Notes under the pieces: generated by a model
The model's database searches: none
Seen by the model: only the letters and a program-made list of their open reading frames with translations
What the model was told of the DNA's origin: nothing
Shown here: piece after piece, positions 55,133 to 64,000 of the stretch
How the letters are laid out: every line of letters begins with the position of its first letter
Numbering within the stretch: position 1 is the stretch's first letter
Position numbers and translations under genes: made by a program
Assembly: GCA_016748015.1 (NCBI GenBank)
Contig: JAAOMT010000484.1
Coordinates: 9,443-73,442, forward strand
DNA length: 64,000 nucleotides
Direction: 5' to 3'
Origin: Geosiphon pyriformis uo1
Taxonomy: Eukaryota > Fungi > Glomeromycota

Positions 55133-58100
55133 TAGAGTTTCAATTAAACTGAACTGAACTGAACTTTAGGTGTTGTTTAAGTTTAGTTTAAATTATGAAC
55201 CAAACTTGAACTAAACCAATTTTTCAAAGTAAATTTAGTTTAAGTTTGGCATTAAAATCTTTTTGACAAGTCTAAATTTAGTTCAAGTCTGGTTTGAAGT
55301 TTACAAACTTGTTTAAGTTCAATAAAATTAAAAAAAAATATAACTTATATTACTTGTTCATTAATTATTATTTTGTTTAATTACTATGATCAGTTAAAGA
55401 AATATATAAAACTATGTATATATAATAACTCTAGTCTTCAACTTACCAAAATGAATTCATTGTTGATATTATCTAATATTATTAAAGATTCAAAATCCAA
55501 AATAATGGAATTTAATAATCCAAATAGTCTAAATATTAATATATTTGGTAAATATAGTTTTTAAAATGAAGTATAAAACTATTTTAATAAATTTAAGTAA
55601 ACAAAAAAAACAGCTAAATATATAATCTTAAAATATGTACATAAATCATTTTTTTGCAAAACTATAAGCACTACCAAACTCTTATAGTGTCATTTAGAGA
55701 CTTTTTACTGAACAGTATATGTTATAATAAAAAAAATATTATAAAAAAAGACAAAAAGTCTAAAAAAATTGTGAGTCGATTAAAAAAATGTTTTAACAAA
55801 TAAGATTGCTATTTTTTTTATTATTTTTGGCCAATCTAAATAAAAAACTGTTCTAGTTTTATATAGTAACTGTTATTAACATTGATAATGAAAAACTTTA
55901 TAACATGATTACTATTTGGTTTATTAACTATTAGCAACTATTTTTTACAGTAAAAAATTCTGAATTAATCAAAATATTTCAATATTTGAATCTTATTTCT
56001 TAAACTGTTTGTGTTAATACAATTAAAAATAAAGTTATAAAACTCTATGTTTTTGATAAACAAAAATTAAGAGTAAACACTACCTTTATTATGAAATGTT
56101 CTTTTTTGTATTTATACTTATAATATGATAAGTATATTTAAGTACTATTAAGTTCAAAATTTTTTTTACGCCAAATTTTTGGATATTTTTAATAATAAAG
56201 CCTTTGTTTTGTTATTACTTATTATATTAATAACAACTGAAATTTTCAACAAACAATAATTGATTTTGGATTAATAAGTAAATAACATGATAGAATAAAT
56301 ATTGTAAATAGATTTTTTAAAGTATTAAAAAATTATAAAATTACATTAAAAATACATGTACATATATATATTTTTACATGAATTTAGATTAATTAATGGC
56401 CAATAATAAGATTGGCATATTACACAGCATATTAGTATTATTTAAGACTCAGAATTATTATAGTGTCTATATTATTGAAAATTGCATTTTCTTAATATTG
56501 GCTTAAGTTGGTTTTCATTATTGCTTCAAAGCTGAATTTTCAGCATTAGCATTATTTAAGGCTCAAAGTTACCACAATATTCATATTATTGAAAATTGTG
56601 TTTTCTTAATATTGGCTTAAATTGGTTTTTATTATTGCTTCAAAGCTAAATTCTTAGTATTAGTATTATTTGAAACTTAGAGTTACTATAATGCTTATAT
56701 TATCAAAAATTATATTTTCTTAATGTTAGATTAAATTGGTTTATATTATTGTCTCAGAGCTGAATTATTAATATTAGTATTATCTGAGTCTCAAAGTTAC
56801 TATAGTGCTCATATTATTAAAAACCACGTTTTTTTAATATTAGTTTAAGTAGTTTTTATCATTGTTTTAAGCCGAATTTTCAACAAAAAAAGTTTAAGAA
56901 AGAGTTACACTTACTCTCTTTTTATATGAGTTTATCATTAATTTTTTTTTGACAGCTTCTTGTTATTATTCTTAATAATATTACAAATAATAGTATTTTT
57001 ATAAAAGAGTTAATAAAAAAATTAAAAAAGAAAAATATTCAATGAAACTTAGAAGATTTTTGATTTTGATGCTTTGATTATATTCTAAACTTAGCAGTAC
57101 AGGCGACTTTAGATAAAATAAAGAATAATATTTTTAAGATATTTGTTAAAAATCCAAACTAAATATATTTACTTAAAATTTTCTTAATATAAACTTTGTA
57201 TAAATTAAAGATTAAAAAACTTAACTCTACAATTCATATTTTACTCCAACGTTTTAAGCTCTTTAAATGTGCCTGTAATGTATGTCAAATTAAATACTGT
57301 AAACTTATTCTGGATTGTCTTATCCAGTGAAATTTTATTTATAATATGGTCAAGAATAGATTATCTTTTAAATTAGCAAATTATTTATTTCTGATTCTAT
57401 ATATTTTGAATACAAAAATTTTAACTGTAAATTTATAGACATTAAACATCCCTACTAATACTTATATTAATCTTTATTAATATGCTATTTCATATAATTA
57501 GTGGGCTGTTTTTGATAAAATTGCTAAATTTCTTGAAACATTTAAGAATATTATGATTAAAATATTAGCCAATTCAAATAATACTGTCTTTTCAATTATT
57601 TTTCTCTTTAATATTATTTTTAATCACATCTAAGACACAGTTGATGATAATAAATCTGGTAAAACATTATAATCTTAATTGTATTTATTTAGTTATTTAT
57701 TTTACATATTTAATATTAAATCTATTACTTATTACAATGGCTAAAGCAGCAAAAAAAAAGTTGGTTGAATATTACTCTAAAACAAATACAATTATAATGC
57801 TCTGTACTACATTAGATCTAAGCAAAAAATTTTATTATTTCACAAAAAGAAAATTTTTGGATAATAATATTAATAAAATAAAAGAATTATAAGTTATTAA
57901 TTTATTTAAACAGTTTTATTTTCTAACTTTTATACAATAAATAAATCTTTAAAATATATATTCTCTTTAAAACAAAGTATATATTAAATATTATACCAAC
58001 ATCAAATGACAGTTTTTTGTTAAATAGCAATTTTAATAATACTATAATTACACAATTCATATTAAAGACAGACTTTAACAATAATAAGAAAAAAAAACTT

Positions 58101-58666
58101 GACAAAATTAATTATTATATTTCTGAAAAGATGGCCAATAAAAATATAAATATAATGACATAGTAAAAGACATATTATAAAAAATATTTATTTAAATTAA
58201 TATTTTATTAATAATTTGATATTTAAGCATATTAAACACAATTTTTTATTTTGTATATATGGTTTATAATTATTTGGCAATCCAAAAATTATTTGTTGCT
58301 TCTGAACATGTTTTTTCTGTAAGTGAAAATATAATTACAGATATGAAGCCTCATTTAGTGTCTAAAACTATAAAAACAGCTTAGTATTTTTAATTATGAA
58401 TACAAAGACCATTAAAAGAAAAATTAAATAATAATATAATATAATATAATATAATATTTTTAATAGTTGAACCTAAACATGTTTATAAACTTTAAACTGA
58501 ACTTAAATCAAACTTGTTGTATGTGTTTGAGTTTGGTTTAAGTTTAGTAATTTTAAGTCTGGTTCAAGTTTGAGTTTAAAATTTTGCCAAATTTTCCATT
58601 TAAGTTTAATTCAGTTTGGTAGTTTAATTAAATTTGAATTGAATTAGACTGAACATTAGAATCTTA
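55133..58666 (+). mobile_element. Decayed hAT-superfamily DNA transposon with intron-containing transposase
   Basis: TIRs TAGAGTTTCAAT / TAAGATTCTAAT (consensus TAGGGTTCCAAT). 8-bp TSD TTGAAAAC (55125-55132) / TTAAAAAC (58667-58674). Subterminal TGAAC pentamer arrays. Transposase remnants CFDYILNLAVQ (about 57070), LILDCLIQ*N (= LDCPTRWN, about 57305) and YLAIQKLFVASEHVFS (about 58270, dimerization domain). Confidence 0.9.
56431..56885. repeat. Tandem array, 4 x 114 bp, inside the hAT element
   Basis: attagYattat starts at 56431, 56545, 56659 and 56773 (exact 114-bp period). Confidence 0.92.
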
Positions 58667-61600
58667 TTAAAAACTATAGTTTTTATTAGTTATTATATAT
58701 ATTAACTATTGATATTACATAATTATTCACTTTATTTTTGATAGTAATCAATAATCTAATTATTGACTTAATTAATAATCTAATTATTAACTTGATTATT
58801 GACCTAATTATTGACTTAATTAATAACTTAGTTATTGACAATTTTTAATAGCTATATAAGTGATAAGTTTCTTATCTGTAAAAAAACATGATTAAAGTAA
58901 TAAAATAAAACCCACTATCAATTATTTTCTCTTATATTACTTATTTTTTTTTTCTACTTTTAAGTATTTAAATATCTTGAAATAAAAAATTACTTGTTGG
59001 CTTTTACATATCTTATTTTTTCCCTTTTTTGATTTGTATTTGTTAGAATTAACCTAAAAAGTAATTGCTTGCTTTTGTAATTTATTAAATAAAAAAACAA
59101 TTGAAAAGCACAACAATATCTATTATTTATTTTAAAAATTGCCAGGTTGAAACATAAAATAACAGCAGTGGTATTATTTTATTAACAATTATAGACTATT
59201 CTTTTATCTTTAAATTTAAAAAAAAATTTATGATTGTAATTTTTATAAAACTGATTATATACATTAAATTTTTACTTATTTAATTTACTCTTTTATTGTA
59301 ATTCTGTCTTTAATTAATTTTATTACCTTATAATCTTGTTTTTTCTTATTATTTGTTAGCTTATTATTCCAAGTTATAACATAAAAGTGGTGTTTTTTTG
59401 TAAAATTGTCAAAATTTACTTGTTTTTTATTGTATAAATGATTATTTATATCTGTCATAACAATCAAAAAAACATTTTACAGTACACAACAAAAATAATC
59501 TAAATTTTATTAAACTCAATTCTCTGCTCTTTTACTTAATCTGCTTTTTTGTTGAAAAACAATTTAATAAACAATTCCAAGATTTTTAGAACTGGTTTTT
59601 AAATAAACATTCAGCTAAAACCTATACAATCTATTTTTTTAATCAAATTTACTTTGAAAAAACTTTTAAAAAAAAACAATATTAATTAGCTCTTATATTT
59701 AATAATCTTTGAATAATAGTCTCTTGATTTTAAATATTTAAATCATCAAATTTATATTTAGATTGCTGTCTACTAGTTAATTGAAACACTTTTTGAAACA
59801 GAAAAAGAAAGCTATCAAATTACTTTTGTTTTTGATCTCTTCTTAAGTAAATTAGACCATTCTATACAAACAACTATTTTTAAATCAATAGTTACTAATT
59901 CTATATAAGCAATTATTTTGGCTGTTTTCTAAAGTATACAAACTGTTTTAGAGCAAAAAAACAACACTTCACTACTATTATTTAGAGATAATACTTAAGA
60001 CTTAATTAAATAGTTAAATAACTTTAAAAAAAAAATCACAGCCAGCCAATATAATACTGACTACAAGTTTTAAATCATTGGTGGCTATTTTTAAGGCTCT
60101 TCTACAATATGGTTTTCACAAAAATCAATACTAATACTCAACAAAAAATTATTAAATAAATACCAATAAATGTCAGAAAAGACAATACTTTTTTTATTAT
60201 TTAGTTTAAAAATAAATTCAGAATCCTAATCTTAATATTTAAATGGTATATGAAATTAGAAAAAAGAATCCAAAGCATAGAAAAAGTAGTAACTAAATAT
60301 GTTAAAGCAATAAAAAAGCTCATTAAACAAGTAGAATTTAAAAAAAATTAAATAAAAAAGCAAAAAATTCATTTTGTTATAAAAAGATTGAAAACTAATT
60401 TATCTTATGCTCTTTGGTTTTTTTTGGTCTTAAAAAACAATCCTACTATAGACATAGCCATTGAACTTGCCCAAAGAATGTATTTAGGATCCACTTTTCT
60501 GACTTTTGCTTTCTAAATAGTTGTTATTTTTTTTGTTGTCTAGATTCAAGATCCAAATAAATAATTAATAAACAGATTTACAGCTAATTTTGATCAACTA
60601 TTAGAACTTTTGGCATAAGCAGTCAGAAATAACTAACAATAACAAAAATTCAAATTTGAACTATGTTTTAATCAGTCCCAACAACTATTATACCAAAGAC
60701 AACAAAATTATGATCCACTTGTGTGTTATTATTATGAATTAACTGAACATTTTTCAAGAGACTACAACAATTTTTTATTGCTTTTTTCAGCTTCTAAAAA
60801 CAATAATAACCAGAATAATAGATCTATTAATAACAATATTTTTAATTAAAAACTTAATTATGCTAACATCAATTTTTTTAAAAAGAATCTCTTAGTTAAA
60901 GCCACTATTTATTAGTCTTTAAACTGGTAGACACATCTTCAAAGAATAAAAGTACAAGCCAACCAGAAAAAAATCTTTTTTATATTTTTAATTTAACTAA
61001 TAATAATTATAATATGGATAAATTAACCATTAATTTCTTTGAATTCACAAGAAAAAAAAGAAAGCCAAAATTGATTTTGTTTTAGATTCTAATAAAGTTT
61101 TAACTTTTACTGTTAATAACAATAAACCACTAAAAATTATAGTTTTTAAGAATTTTTCAAAGTTAGAACTCTTAAAAATAGTACAAAAATCTAATTCTTA
61201 TTTTATTGTTAAAAATCTTATAAAAACATTAGCACATATTATCTTTGACCAATTAATGACTTATTTATAGTTTAGAAAAAATTTTCAAAAATTATTAATC
61301 TTCCAAAAAAAAACACCAAAAACCAACAAGTGCTTTTATTAAGCTAAACTCATTAGCAATAGTAATCTTATTCCTTTAATCTGCAAAACTCAAGTAACTG
61401 GTTATTTTATTGATTTAATTTTAAATAGGAAATTATCTGTTATTGTTATTTTCAAATACTTTCTTAAAGCAATTAACAAAAAGATTGATAAACTTTTTAC
61501 TTGACCAATAACCAATGTACATAGTAACAAAAAAAAATCTGGACATAATCAAAGCTGTTTCTGTTTGCATCAATAATATTAACATTAAAATTAATATAAA

Positions 61601-62036
61601 ATTATCTGAAACCAATAAGTATATTATAATTATTGGTAATAAATAACTTAAAAAAGCCAAAACTTTGCTTGACTATAAGCTGTATAAATTAACCATCAAA
61701 TATAATAAAAAATCTATTATGATTAAATGTTATTATTAGACAACTTTTTCAGTACTCAAACAAAGTCCAGAAAAAAAACAATTAGATGAATTAAATAATA
61801 AAAAAAGTATTAAAGAAAAAAAACAAAAAAAAACTGCTAAATTCATTTACACTATTTTTATCAGCAATAACAAGTCATTAGACAATATTAAAGCTAACAA
61901 AAAAAATCATTGTAAATGACAAGCTAATTTGCTGGCCTTACTATAATATTTTTAAAAAAACTTTTAATAAAAAGCCTAGCAAAAAAGCCAAATATAGTTA
62001 TTAGTAGCATAGTCTTTGTGTTTGGTATTAGTGTAA
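58667..62036 (+). mobile_element. Decayed Ty3/Gypsy 5' half (family D LTR starting at 55117 and split by the hAT; gag and protease)
   Basis: gag remnants SYALWFFLVLKNNPTIDIAIELAQR (about 60400). Knuckle VCYYYELTEHFSRDY (about 60720, = CxxCGLTGHFSRDC). Protease FIDLILNRKLSVIVI (about 61405, = LILDSGSSVSVI). Confidence 0.75.
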
Positions 62037-64000
62037 TGTTACTTGAGTAAAAAAACCAATTTGAAAAATATCGGAAAAAACATAATTAAAAACGTGATAA
62101 CTTAGAAAAAACATAATAATGCAAAATAATACAGAATAATATATTATAACTTAAAATAACATAAGATAACACACAATAACATAAAATAATTAGTTATAAT
62201 ATAGAATAACTAGTTATAGTGTAAAAAAAACAAAGCAACAACAAAAATAGTAAGCAATAGCTAATGATAACAAATGATAAAAAGCAATCTTATAAAATTA
62301 AAAATATATATAAAAATGAGTAGTTTTAGCAGTAAAAAAAATAGAAACCAACAGACAGAAAAACAAACAAACAAACAAATATTTTTTTTTACTCATATTT
62401 AATAGATTTACTTTACTTATATATCTATATTACTTCAAATAAAAAAAATATTCAAAACCCAAACTTATTTATACATGATTTATGAATTCCATGTTTAAAC
62501 TGAATTAATTATTCTCTTATTTTTGTTTTTAATAAGTTGCTTTTAGCATAAACTATCTCAAACAATAATAACTTAAACTAATTGCTCTTGATTATGGTAA
62601 TTTATAATACTAATTTTATTTTATTTTTATTTTATTTTTTATTTTTTATTTTTTATTTTATTTTTTATTTTATTTTTATATTTTTTTCTCTTATAAAGTG
62701 GCAATATTGTAAAATTAACTATCTGAAAATAAACTTTGTAATAGTCTGGTAAAAGAAAAAAACTTTTTCTAAAATATGATATTAATATTATTTTATTAGT
62801 TTATTAAAAGAGTAAAAAAACACTATTAAACTTTAGCAATTGTGCTTAACTAATTCAGAAAAAATAACTCATTTACTTAAGTTGTAAACAGCCAAAACAC
62901 TTTTTTGTGCTTTATAACTAAAGAATTTCACAGATAAAACTAGTAAAAAATTTTCAGAGACTGATATCAACAATTCACTTCAAGTATCTAGAATAAAAAT
63001 TTTTAAGCTTTTCTAATCCAAATTTAGAGCACTAAACATTACTACAATACTTTACCAAGTTTACTCATAACATTTGGTGCTTTCTATAAGATTATAAAAT
63101 TCACAAAAACAGAATACCTCAGAAATTCACCAAAGTAGTGACTATTAAAACTATAAAAAAAGATTATTTACTATATAAAAGAGCATTATTTTAATACTTT
63201 AAGAAAGACTTAGAAATATCATTAAAAACTATCATTATAGAAAGTAATTTTTATTACTATGTACATGTCAAAGTTAATTACTTACTAGACCAAACAACAA
63301 ATACAGAAAAACTTGAAAAACAAATCTATTAAAAATTATTAATATACTCAACATCAATCATTACTTGGGCAATAACCAACATTTTTTTAATAATTAATTA
63401 GAAAATCCAAAAATACATTAACAAATAGTACTTTTAAGTAAAAAAAAAACAAATATTGAGACTTGACTCTAAAGAATTCAAATCTGAAAATAAAAGTACA
63501 CAAAAAAGTATTTGACTCATAGTCAACAAGAAATAAAGATTTTTTTTGCCAACAACTTCCTTATACTTAGATATTAACAAATAAACATTTAACAAAAAAG
63601 CTCTGAAACAAGTAAAAAAATTTGTCAGGAGAAATGACCTAATTTTGTACTACAATACAATATATTGACTGTATTTAATATTCAAATATTGTTCAGCAAT
63701 ATTGTTAAACAGTTTACTAAAGTTTATTACAGTTAACAACATAAAACAAATAATAAATACATGGTTTGAAAATCTACAAAAAGCAATACTTAACACAACA
63801 ATTGATTATTATACCAAAAAAACAATTTTTACAGATACATATAATCTTGCAAAAGCTTAATTCTAAAAGAAAAGAATAATATTATCTGAATAGAAAAACC
63901 AATCCAAAAAATATTGAAAAAAACGTGATTAAAAATGTGATAACTTAAAAAAAATATAATAATGTAAAATAATACAGAATAATATATTATAATTTAAGAT
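62037..64000 (+). mobile_element. Non-autonomous LTR element (family B): 5' LTR 62037-63072, PBS, about 0.8 kb internal region, PPT, 3' LTR from 63880 running off the window
   Basis: LTR TGTTAC...TAACA followed by TTTGGTGCTTTC. The LTR start is repeated at 63880 after a purine tract. 63670-63880 is homologous to 34130-34340. Confidence 0.85.

Noticed and set aside
56431-56885. Possible CRISPR-like array
   Set aside because: Whole units are homologous, with no unique spacers and no cas genes, and the context is eukaryotic.

Overview
AT-rich, intron-containing eukaryotic DNA. It is most consistent with an early-diverging fungus (Glomeromycotina-like, inferred from the gene and transposon families). 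Only one intact host gene is supported: a 15-exon FAR11/STRIP (STRIPAK subunit) gene at 6834-11076, with two GC-AG introns and two introns carrying minor-spliceosome-like GTATCCTT donors. Upstream lie a decayed restriction-endonuclease-fold gene and a Sel1-repeat pseudogene. From about 11.6 kb onward the window is nested, decayed transposons: one near-intact LINE (ORF1; APE-RT-RNase H ORF2), decayed LINE copies, ORF1-only 'half-LINEs' (one shares the LINE 3' end), four Ty3/Gypsy LTR families (one with a Cys-rich insert and a dUTPase between protease and RT), short non-autonomous LTR elements, and a hAT transposon with TIRs and an 8-bp TSD. The most striking signal is pervasive, repeat-restricted C:G->T:A transition mutagenesis on both strands and in many dinucleotide contexts. 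It is seen at early (LINE 22.5-29.5 kb) and late stages while FAR11 is spared, making it a candidate RIP-like genome-defence system with non-canonical specificity. All alignments and back-translations were done by eye.
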